DNA from: an uncultured Gammaproteobacteria bacterium
GTDB lineage: Bacteria; Pseudomonadota; Gammaproteobacteria; CAWCPV01
NCBI GenBank assembly: GCA_963797555.1
Contig: CAWCPV010000004.1
Span: 352,001 to 416,000 of the forward strand
Reading direction: 5' to 3'
Length of the DNA stretch: 64,000 nucleotides
Shown: positions 20,222 through 29,050 of the stretch, piece by piece
Layout: each line of letters starts with the position of its first letter
How positions within the stretch are numbered: the stretch's first letter is position 1
Notes under the pieces: generated by a model
Databases searched by the model: none
Seen by the model: the letters and a program-made list of their open reading frames with translations, nothing else
What the model was told of the DNA's origin: nothing
Made by a program: the position numbers and the translations under genes

Positions 20222-23059
20222 ATGACCACGCTCTTCATCAGCCACAGCAGCAAGGACAAAGGGTGGGCCGAGGTGCTGCGCGAGACCCTGCACGGCCAGG
20301 GCTACCAGTCGCTGTTCCTGGACTCCCACCCGGACGACGGCATCCCTGCCGGGGCCAAATGGGAGCAGACCCTCTGGCAGCGACTGCGGCAATCCCGCGG
20401 CGTCGTGGTACTGTGCACCAAGGACTGGCTCGCCTCGCCCTGGTGCGTCGCCGAGGCGATGATGGCGCGGGAAGCGGGGCAAGCCGGTCTTTCTCCTCGC
20501 CACTGCGGAGGTCGCGGACGGGCGTCAGGTCAAGGCGGCGGGGGAGGGAGGAGAAACGCCGCAGATCCCGGATTTCCTCAAGGACACCCAGTTCATCAGC
20601 TTGGCCGGCGTGTCCGAGGAGGAGGCCCTGCAGCGCCTCTGGCGCGGGCTGGAAGAAGAGGGCCTGAAGGACGATTTCCCGCTGCCGGAGCGGCCCTATC
20701 CGGGGCTGGAGCCCTTCCAGGAGCGAGATGCCGCCGTCTTCTTCGGCCGGGACCAGGACATCGCGCGAGTGCGAGGCGTCCTCAACCGATGCCGGCGCCG
20801 CAACGCGAAGGGCTTCATCCTGGTCCTGGGCGCCTCCGGATGCGGCAAGTCCTCCCTGGTGCGGGCGGGCGTGCTGCCGCGGCTCAGGCCCGTCGCCAGC
20901 GCGGGCGGCTCATCGCGTGAGTGGGTGATCGCGACCCCTTTCATCGGCAGCACGGGCCTCGACGGGCTCACCCGATCGCTGGCAACGGCTTTCGCGGACC
21001 GCAAGCCGCCAGAAGACCTCGAGTCCAAGATCCGAGCGATCGAGGCGGCGACGGACTCTGATGGCGGCACGCAAGAGGCCGCGCGGTCATTGCGGAGTCT
21101 CGCCAACAGCTTGCTCATCGCTTACGGCTGCACTGAAGGACACGTGCTGCTGGTGCTGGACCAGCTCGAAGAGGTGTTCGGAAGCAAGCCCGGCTCGGGG
21201 GCACGCATCATGCTGCGGCTGCTGCTGGGGGTCACCGCCGAGGACGGCAGCCCCGTGGTGGTCCTCGCCACCATGCGCTCGGATTTCCTCAACGCCTTTC
21301 AGCTCTTTCCCGGTGCCGCCGAGCGTTACGAGGAGGTCACCCTCGACCCCATGCCCAGGGCCCGCTTCGCCGAGCTGATCGAGGGGCCGGCGGAGCGCTT
21401 CGGCCTGCGGATCGAGCCCGGGCTGACCGAGCGCCTGGTGGAGGACACGCGCTACGACGACGCCCTGCCCCTGCTCGCCTTCACCCTGGAGCGGTTGTAC
21501 AAAAAGGGCGGGGAGGACGGGGTGTTGACGCTCCAGGAGTATCAGGACCTCTTCCCGCCCGTCGCCGTGCGCGGTGAGGACGGGCGCACGACCGAGCACC
21601 GAGGCGTGTCCGCCGCCATCAAGCACGCGGCCGACGAGATCCTCTCCCAGACCGGTTATGCCAGGCTTCTCGTCGAAGACCGACCCGCGCCTGCGCGACC
21701 TGCGCCGCGCGTTCTACAGTCTCGCCCGGGTGGGGGAGGCGGGCCAGTTCACGCGTCGCACCGCCCTGCGGTCACGGATGCCGTCGTTCGTGCGCGGAGG
21801 TCCTCGAGCGCTTCGTGGACCAGCGCCTGCTGGTGTCCGACGTGGGGAAGGATGGCGAGCGCACCCTGAGCGTCGCCCACGAGGCCCTGTTCCGCGTCTG
21901 GGACACCCTGCACGGCTGGCTGCTGCAAGACCGCAAGGCACTCGCGCTGCGCCACCAGATCGAGCAGGCCGCCGCCGAATGGCATGCCGCGCACCGGGCC
22001 GAGAGCCGCCGCTGGCCGGAGGAGCGCATCCTGGACGCGGTGGGCGAGATCGGCCGCAGCGGCGTGTCCCTCGATGACGTGGCCCAACCCGAGATCGTGC
22101 GCGCCTTCCTCGGCCCGACGCACCCGGAAGTCCTGTCGGAGCTGCCGTCCCTCGGCGCGGCCGAGGATCAGGCAGCCGGCAGCGGCTGCTACGGCGACGC
22201 CTGGCGTCTGCCCCTTTCCCACGAAGCGCGGGCCAGCGTCGGTGTGCGCCTGGCCCTGCTCGGCGACCGCCGCGGCGGCGTGGGGCTGCGCGACGATGGC
22301 ATGCCGGACACAGCCTGGTGCCGGGTCGAGGGCGGCGAGGTGATCATCGAGATCCGCGCGAACCCCGACGACCCGCGATCGGAGGTCGCGAGCACGCTCA
22401 CGCGGACGGTGCCCCGTTTCTGGATCGCACGCTATCCGGTCACCGTCGCCCAGTTCCAGGCGTTCCTTCGGGACTGTCACCGCGATGGCGAGTGGCACCT
22501 GCCGTCCGGCCTTCCCTTCGACCTCCCCGCCGACTACCCGCCGCCCAAGCACCGGGCAGGCTACGGTAACCATCCCGCTGATTCCGTCAACTGGTGGGAT
22601 GCGGTCGTCTGGTGTCGCTGGCTGAGTGCACGGCTCGGGCACGAGATCCGGCTGCCGACGGAATTCGAGTGGCAGCTTGCCGCGACAAGAGGCGACCCCG
22701 CCAGGACCTATCCCTGGGGCCCCGACTGGGATCCGCAGCAGGAGCCCTGGAGGGCCAACACTGTCGAGAGCGGCCTCAACAGATCCACGGCGGTCGGGCT
22801 CTACCCCTCGGGCGTGTCGCCGGCTGGCGTGCTGGATATGGCAGGGACCCTCTGGGAATGGTGCCTGAACAGTTTCGAAGACCCCGAGAACACGGGCCTT
22901 CCCGCAGACCAGCAGGACCGTCGTGTGCTGCGCGGCGGGTCCTGGTACGACGATCAGGCCCTCGCGCGCTCCGGCATCCGCCTCAGGCTCAGCCCGAGCA
23001 ACCGCGGCGGCAGCGTGGGGTTTCGGGTGTTGTGTTCGTCCCCCATCTGTGATCACTGA
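20222..23059 (+). CDS. DGR target 1: TIR - STAND (nSTAND1-like) ATPase - FGE/CLec domain (three apparent frameshifts near 20473, 21678, 21793)
   Basis: TIR 'LFISHSSKD...SPWCVAE'; 'PYPGLEPF', Walker A GASGCGKS, Walker B 'LVLDQLEE'; FGE 'RLPTEFEWQLAA', 'DMAGTLWEW', 'RVLRGGSW...GFRV'. Confidence 0.9.
22922..23048 (+). repeat. DGR variable repeat VR1
   Basis: 127-bp gapless match to TR; 18 of 19 mismatches at TR adenines. Confidence 0.95.
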
Positions 23060-24247
23060 TCTCTGGCTGCCGCGCGAGCGGCACACACGGCGCGCAGCGG
23101 CGTCTCCGCGCGCTGAACGCGGCTTGGGTACCGCTGTGAGGACGCGGTGGACACGTGGTCAGGATTCCCGGGCCGCCTTTGCGCGGCGATGCTTGGCAGT
23201 ATGCACAGCGACCCAAGCACGTGTTGGCGCAGGCCCCAGCTATCGGCGTGGCCCATGTGGGCGATCCAGCCTTGGATACTCGCGTCGAGCCTCGGCGAAG
23301 CTGATCGCGCCGGCGTGATAGGCCGCCAGCCGTGAGCGCAGCCCCCGCCGAGCGTTGCGCACCTTGCGGCCCTTGACCAGCCGGTGGGTCGGGTGGACCA
23401 CGAAGCCGAGCCAGGGAATGCCGGCCTGGACCGGCAGAACCTGAGCGCGCGTTTCGTGGATAACGAGCCGCAGCCGGGCGAGCCTTTCGATGATCGCCGC
23501 CTTCCAGGCCCACAGCTCGCGCTTGCGGTCGCCGAAGAGGGCGAAGTCGTCGACGTAGCGCAGATAGGCTGGGCAGCGTAGGTCGCGCTTCACGAACTCG
23601 TCGAAGGGGTGCAGGTAGCAATTGGACCAGAACTGCGATGTCAGATTGCCTATCGGCAGGCCCCTCGGCCGGCACACGGCCAGCAGGTCATCCCCTGGGA
23701 AGCGCACGTAGCGGTACTCGTCGTCCAGCACGCCGCGGCCGCTGTCGACGATGGCCTCGACCAGCGCCATGATGTCCGGCTCCGGCATCTGGCGGCTCAG
23801 GGTATCGAGCAGGACCGCGTGATCGACAGACGCGAAGTGCTGCACGATGTCGGCGCGCAGCACGTAGCGGTGAAGGCGAGCGAATTCCTGTAGCCGGTCG
23901 ATGGCCCGGTGGGTGCCCTTGCCGGCCCGGTTGGCGTAGCTGTCCGGCATGAAGAGGCGCTCGAAGCGGGGCTCCATCACGGTGCACAGGGCGTGGTGCA
24001 CGACTCGATCGCGGAACTGGGCCGCGCTGATCTTGCGCCGTTTCGGGTCCTTGATATGGAAGTGGACGTAAGCGCCCGGGCGGTACGTGCCCGCCAGCAA
24101 CTGCGCGCGTAGCTCCGCCAGATGCTCCTCCGCTCGGTACTCGAAGCGGGCGACGCTCTGCGTGCCACGCTTGCCGCGCGCCGCCCTGCGCCAGGCGAGC
24201 ACCAGGTTCTCCCAGGAGCACAGATGCTCGAAGGCGGGGCTCGTCAT
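23053..24247 (-). CDS. DGR reverse transcriptase (apparent +1 frameshift near 23290)
   Basis: 'FRDRVVHHAL', 'GKGTHRA', DGR signature 'GLPIGNLTSQ', catalytic 'YLRYVDD'; corrected C-terminus '[24 protein letters not shown]'. Confidence 0.95.
23068..23105 (+). promoter_or_regulatory. Post-VR1 hairpins (DGR target recognition)
   Basis: TGCCGC-GCGA-GCGGCA, then an imperfect ACACGGCGC-GCA-GCGGCGTCT; homologous to the post-VR2 hairpins. Confidence 0.7.
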
Positions 24248-24298
24248 CGAAGCGGGCCGCGCCACGCCTGGCGCGGCAACCCGAAACGGAGCATGAGC

Positions 24299-24643
24299 AT
24301 GGCCGAGGACATGGTGATCTTCTCGCGGACCTTCGACCTGCTGGAGTGGCTGCTGCCCAAAGCGGAGCGCTTCCCGCGGGTCTACCGATCCACCCTCACC
24401 CAGCGATTGATGGATGCGGCCCTGGACCTGCAGGAGACGCTGGCTGCCGCGGAATCGCGCGAGGGCCGATCGCGGGTATCCGCCCTGCGCAATGCCGATG
24501 CCGCCCTCGGGCGGCTGCGCATCTACCTGCGCCTCGCCCACCGCTGGCGCTGGCTGAGCGACGGCCAGTACGAGCACGTGAGCGCCATGACGGCTGAGAT
24601 CGGCCGGCTGCTAGGGGGCTGGGTCCGCTCGGAGCGCGGCTGA
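24299..24643 (+). CDS. avd: DGR accessory variability determinant Avd (four-helix bundle)
   Basis: 114 aa, basic; 'FPRVYR', 'LRIYLRLA', 'EIGRLLGGW'; GGAG RBS. Confidence 0.9.
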   Translation: MAEDMVIFSRTFDLLEWLLPKAERFPRVYRSTLTQRLMDAALDLQETLAAAESREGRSRVSALRNADAALGRLRIYLRLAHRWRWLSDGQYEHVSAMTAEIGRLLGGWVRSERG

Positions 24644-24678
24644 GGGCGGCCGAGAGGCCGAAGCCTGCGGCCGGGGGC

Positions 24679-24720
24679 GGGGCGCCGGGGGAGCGGACTC
24701 CGGCCGGCGCCCCTGTTTTG
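24679..24720 (+). terminator. Possible intrinsic terminator after avd (or structure of the minus-strand TR spacer RNA)
   Basis: GGGGCGCCGG...CCGGCGCCCC followed by TGTTTTG. Confidence 0.4.
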
Positions 24721-24904
24721 TATGCGCCCGACGGCCCGGCGACGCTAGGCCGTGCGGACGGGACCGACCGGCGCCATCTTTCCTACCTCGCCTCGGCCCG
24801 CAAACCGTCGTCGGCGGGCAATTCCGGAAGCGGGTCCGATCCGCAGCATGGACCTGACCCACTCGCTCGGCGCCCGAAAGCGCCTCGCCCTGGAAGGAAC
24901 CGAA

Positions 24905-25034
24905 AGATGTGGGACGAACACAACACCCGAAACCCCACGTTGTTGTTGCGGTTGTTCGGGTTGTTCCTGTTGCGGTTGCCGGAGCGCGCATTGTCCTGAT
25001 TGTCGTTCCAGGACCCGCCGCGCAGCACACGGGC
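24905..25034 (-). ncRNA. DGR template repeat (TR)
   Basis: AAC-rich copy of both VRs (reads [42 protein letters not shown]); 12 AAY codons. Confidence 0.95.
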
Positions 25035-25181
25035 GTCGTCACCGGGCGGCCCCACCGGCCGTCAGACCGGCGTTGCCGATTATGCCGGAGATGGCGGACG
25101 CTAGCCAGACCACCGATGCATCGAACCCGGCCTGCACCACGTGGCAAACCGCGAGATGAGGCGAGTGGAAAATCCGCGTAA

Positions 25182-25220
25182 AGACGGCGCTTCGCGCCGT
25201 CTATGCCGCTCCCGCGGCAT
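25182..25220 (-). promoter_or_regulatory. Post-VR2 tandem hairpins
   Basis: Minus strand ATGCCGC-GGGA-GCGGCAT and AGACGGCGC-GAA-GCGCCGTCT, both perfect. Confidence 0.8.
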
Positions 25221-25227
25221 CCAGTGA

Positions 25228-27960
25228 TCAGTGATCACAGATGGGGGACGAACACAACACCCGAAACCCCACGCCGTTGCCGCGGCCGCCCGGGCTGCCC
25301 CCGAAGCGGTAGCCGGAGCGCGCATAGCCCCGATCGACGACCCAGGACCCGCCGCGCAGCACACGGGCATCGAAATCATCGGCGCGGGACTCGATCACCT
25401 CGGTTCTGTCGTGCTTGTTCCAGCACCATTCCCAGACCGTTCCCGCCATGTCGAGTGCACCTGCCGGGGAGCCGCCAGCGGGGTACATGCCGACCGCGGT
25501 AGCGGCCCCGAGCCGGCTCTCGAAGGTGTTCGCCCGGTGCGGCTCGCCTTTGGGATCCCACTCGGGTCCCCAGGGGAAAACATTATCGGGGTCGCCGCCC
25601 GTGGCCGCCTGCTGCCATTCCCACTCGTCCGGCAGGCGTACGTCGAAGCCGCGGCGCCGCGAAAGCCAGCGGCAGAAAGCGAGGGCGTCGAACCAGCTCA
25701 CGTAGACCGCAGGGTGGTTGCCGTAGCGGCCGAGGTCGTAGCCGTCGCCTTCGGGATCGCGATAAAGGTCTCCTGCCCACCAGCGGGGATCGCGCCAGCC
25801 GTCATCCTTCTCCAGGAAGGCCCGATACTGCGCGACCGTGACGGGGTAGCGGGCGATGTGAAAGCCCTCGACCTGCTTGCCGCGCGCTTTGGTGCCGCCG
25901 AGCAAACGCCGCTGGACCTGAATGGCGACCTCGCCGCCGGGCACTGGGCACCAGTCCATCTGCGGGGTCCCCTGCGCATCGACCCCCACCCCCAGCCGCG
26001 GGTCCCCGAGGACGGCGAGGCGCTCGCCGATGAGGGTGCGGCGGCGGTGGGTCGTGTCGGGCCTGTCGATCTCGGCCAGCATTGCATCGGCATCGACGGG
26101 ACCGAGGAACTCCTCTTCTTCCGGGCTCAGCACGAAGCGCGGGCCGGGCTGCCGCAGCATCGACGCCAGTTCGCGCACGCGCTCGTGCGACCAGAGGTAG
26201 CTCGGTTGCTTCTGGTGCTCGAGCCAGTTGCGCGCGTCCGCCTGAAGCTGCTGGCCCAGCGCCGCCCGCTGCTTATGCTGCTCGACATAGTTCCAGAGCG
26301 TCGGCCAATAGGGCTGGGCCTTGCCCTCGGGGTCCAGGCCCTTGCTGCGGATCAGCGTCTCGTGGATCAGGCTGACCCACCGCCCGTCGCGCTGCGCGTC
26401 CTCGTCCCCCTCGGTCCGCTCGGTCACGGTGATGAGCCGCAGCGGCCCCTGTGTCTGCCCCACGTCCCGGGCGCGCTCGCCGGCGAGACGACTGACCAGG
26501 GCGCGACCGTCATCGCCGCCGCCCGCCGCTGCCATGGCCTCGGGGAACGGGAGACGCCGGCGGGTGTGACGGCGTCCTTCGGGGTCCACGTTCACCAGCC
26601 GGAACAGAAGCTCCAGAGCCCGGTTGCGCTCGCTGCCCAACGCTTGGAGCAGATCGTCGGCGCTGCGGCTGAGGATGCCGGCGAGGCCGCCCTGATCGGT
26701 GAAGAGCTTGCCGCTCAGGCGGGGGCTGTTCTTGCGCTGCTCCCACAGCCAGTGGAGCGCGTTCTCGACCAGCGGCAGCGCCCCCGGCTCGTCGTACGCC
26801 TGTTGCACCATGGCCTCCTGCACCTCGCTCACATCGAGACCGGCCAGCCGCGCCGGGCCGCCGATGACCTCGCGCAGAGCATCCGCAGTAATGGGCGGCA
26901 GCGTCCAGGGCTTACCCAGCCGGTTGCGCAGGCCGACCAGCCGCCGCAGGTCCTCGAAGCGGTCGAGAAAGTCCGCGCGCACGGTGGAGATGATGAACAG
27001 CGGACAATCGTTGTCTCCCAACGCGCCCGCGAGCAGGCGATCGAAGTGCTTGCGCTCGTCCGGGTCGGAGAAGGTGAACAGCTCCTCGAACTGATCGATG
27101 GCGAGCAGAAAGGCGCTGTCGTCCCGCTTGCGGCTGCGTAGCCAGTCGGTGAGGGCGCGGTCACTGGCCTCCAGGCGTTGGCGGACATCGGCCATCTCCT
27201 CCTCGAAGGTCAGCGCGAGCTTCTCGGCCAGCATGGCCACCGGGTGCTCCCCCGGCATCATCGGCCCGATCCGCCGCCAGTGCTCGATGCGGGTGCGGGG
27301 CCACAGCCAACCCTGCTCCACCAGCGGCAGCAGGCCGGCGCTCATCAGCGAGGACTTGCCGGAGCCGCTGTTGCCGTTGATCTCCAGCCAGCGCACGCTC
27401 GGGCTGCCGGGACGGGTGTCGAAGCAGGCGAGCGCGTCCAGGGTCTCCTTCTGGCGGCCGAAGAAGAGCTGGGCCTGATCCATGTTGTAGGCGGCGAGTC
27501 CGACGAAGGGGCGGCCCTCGAACTTGGCAGCGCTTGCCACCAGGGTGCGGTCGCGGATCTGCGCGAGCAGTCGCTCGGGCAGGGGGGCCGCCCCATCCCA
27601 GAGTGTCGCCTGGAACAGCCGCAGGAAGGCCGGGAGCGTGTCGGGTCCCATGTCGCCCAGCAGGATGGGAAAGATCGGCAGGCGCTCGGCGTCGTCGTGG
27701 GGACCGAAATAGCGGTTGAGCGCCGCCTGGGTCTCGGCCCCGATCCAGCGCCGCACCCCGTCCCGGCCCACCAGCACGACGAAGCTTCCGCAGGCATCCA
27801 CCGCCTCCTGCAGGCGGTCGAGCCACAGCTCGCCCGCGCGGATGCGATCGTCGTCCTTGAACACCGACAGCCCGCACCGATCGAGCTGCCCGCGGAGGTT
27901 GATGGCCGCTTCGAGGTCGTTACGGCTGTGGCTCAGGAAGACGTGGTAGGGATCGGTCAT
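25228..27960 (-). CDS. DGR target 2: TIR - STAND ATPase - FGE/CLec domain (910 aa, intact)
   Basis: 'VFLSHSRND...RWIGAE'; 'PFVGLAAY', GNSGSGKS, 'LAIDQFEELF'; 'RLPDEWEWQQAA', 'DMAGTVWEW', VR2 at the C-terminus. Confidence 0.93.
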   Translation of the reverse strand: MTDPYHVFLSHSRNDLEAAINLRGQLDRCGLSVFKDDDRIRAGELWLDRLQEAVDACGSFVVLVGRDGVRRWIGAETQAALNRYFGPHDDAERLPIFPILLGDMGPDTLPAFLRLFQATLWDGAAPLPERLLAQIRDRTLVASAAKFEGRPFVGLAAYNMDQAQLFFGRQKETLDALACFDTRPGSPSVRWLEINGNSGSGKSSLMSAGLLPLVEQGWLWPRTRIEHWRRIGPMMPGEHPVAMLAEKLALTFEEEMADVRQRLEASDRALTDWLRSRKRDDSAFLLAIDQFEELFTFSDPDERKHFDRLLAGALGDNDCPLFIISTVRADFLDRFEDLRRLVGLRNRLGKPWTLPPITADALREVIGGPARLAGLDVSEVQEAMVQQAYDEPGALPLVENALHWLWEQRKNSPRLSGKLFTDQGGLAGILSRSADDLLQALGSERNRALELLFRLVNVDPEGRRHTRRRLPFPEAMAAAGGGDDGRALVSRLAGERARDVGQTQGPLRLITVTERTEGDEDAQRDGRWVSLIHETLIRSKGLDPEGKAQPYWPTLWNYVEQHKQRAALGQQLQADARNWLEHQKQPSYLWSHERVRELASMLRQPGPRFVLSPEEEEFLGPVDADAMLAEIDRPDTTHRRRTLIGERLAVLGDPRLGVGVDAQGTPQMDWCPVPGGEVAIQVQRRLLGGTKARGKQVEGFHIARYPVTVAQYRAFLEKDDGWRDPRWWAGDLYRDPEGDGYDLGRYGNHPAVYVSWFDALAFCRWLSRRRGFDVRLPDEWEWQQAATGGDPDNVFPWGPEWDPKGEPHRANTFESRLGAATAVGMYPAGGSPAGALDMAGTVWEWCWNKHDRTEVIESRADDFDARVLRGGSWVVDRGYARSGYRFGGSPGGRGNGVGFRVLCSSPICDH
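25239..25368 (-). repeat. DGR variable repeat VR2
   Basis: Gapless match to TR; all 23 mismatches at TR adenines. Confidence 0.95.
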
Positions 27961-28024
27961 CAGCAGCGGCCCGGGACCATCGAAATCCGGGCGTTCGGCC
28001 TCGCGAGCTGATAACGCGCTCGCA

Positions 28025-29050
28025 TCATGCCGGAAGCGACACGAGACCGAGCCTTGCTTGCAGGCCCTTGCGGACCAACTGCACGGCGCGGCGCATGTCC
28101 CTTGTCGCGAGCAGCTCGCGGGTCTCCGGCTCATCCAGGCCGGTGCTGAGTGCCGCGGAAAGATTGGGCCTGGCTGTTTCGATGTGCTGGAACAGGGCGT
28201 CCAGCGCATCCCCAGTGGCGCGGACGCCGAGTGGCAACTGGAACTGCGCGCTCAGGTCCAGCAGCTTCTCGAGGCCCGCGGTCCTGGCCTTGTGCCAATC
28301 CACGGTGAATTCCTCGGGACGGGTTGCGGCCGGGCCGAGCAGCGCCCTGGACAGCACTTCCGCGGCGCCGCCGAACCCGCCCAGGATGTAGAGCGGGACT
28401 TGGCGTTCGAGTGCCATCAGCGCTTCCTCGAAGATGCCGGGCAGAAAGCCGCTGAACCCTTGCACCTTGCCGCCGAGTATCACCCGCGCCACGATCGGCG
28501 GCACCGGCTCCGGGCTCGGGAGGTCGGGAATGTCGATGGCCATGCCGTCCATCGCCAGGCGGCGCATGCTGCTCAGAGCGACGGCGGCGTTGAACAGCGC
28601 GCGATCCGAGCCTCCTCTCGCTTCATGGTCCGGAACCGTATCCGCCTGCGAAATGCCCGCGTGCTGCTGGGTGATGCGAACGACCCGGCAGCAGTTGATC
28701 CACTCGGCCTCGATCCGGGGCGTGATGTCGAGGTAGTGCGGCCATGCGGAATGGTTGTAGAGCCGGCCGATCACGAGATTGGTATCCGGACCGCCCAGGC
28801 TGTTGTCCTCCTGCTCCGCGCTGATCAGGCGCAGGAGGTCGAAGGTGAAGTTGTCCTCGGTTTCTTGCCAGTGGCCGCCGTAGGCGAGGCTCACCCCCTG
28901 TCTCAGCAGGGGGCGTGCGAGGCGCAGCAGCAGCTCGCGCAGGTGCTCCAGGCCCAGGCCGCGGGCCAGGAGGTTTTCCCTCGCATAGGAGACGGAGAGG
29001 CCGACGACGCGAGGCGTGCTGGCTCGCGAGCGATACTTGCCGCCGCTCAT
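28025..29050 (-). CDS. SLOG-superfamily (cluster 2-like) protein
   Basis: 'VGLSVS', 'LAYGGHW', 'LSSMRR', 'ARVILGGK', 'PGIFEEA', 'PLYILGGFGGAA'. Confidence 0.8.
   Translation of the reverse strand: MSGGKYRSRASTPRVVGLSVSYARENLLARGLGLEHLRELLLRLARPLLRQGVSLAYGGHWQETEDNFTFDLLRLISAEQEDNSLGGPDTNLVIGRLYNHSAWPHYLDITPRIEAEWINCCRVVRITQQHAGISQADTVPDHEARGGSDRALFNAAVALSSMRRLAMDGMAIDIPDLPSPEPVPPIVARVILGGKVQGFSGFLPGIFEEALMALERQVPLYILGGFGGAAEVLSRALLGPAATRPEEFTVDWHKARTAGLEKLLDLSAQFQLPLGVRATGDALDALFQHIETARPNLSAALSTGLDEPETRELLATRDMRRAVQLVRKGLQARLGLVSLPA

Noticed and set aside
20470-23295. Frameshifts in target 1 and RT as evidence of a dead DGR or programmed frameshifting
   Set aside because: Similar 1-bp indels break nadK, dnaJ and ftsH, so sequencing error is the simpler explanation; needs reads
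23053-24247. RT as a group II intron, retron or CRISPR-associated RT
   Set aside because: IGNLTSQ motif, Avd and adenine-specific TR/VR pairs identify a DGR; no cas genes or intron domains seen
24783-25055. Asn-rich 90-aa ORF
   Set aside because: It is the translation of the template repeat
25141-25185. c-di-GMP-I riboswitch (GGCAAAC)
   Set aside because: The remaining stems and conserved GCAAAG motif do not fit
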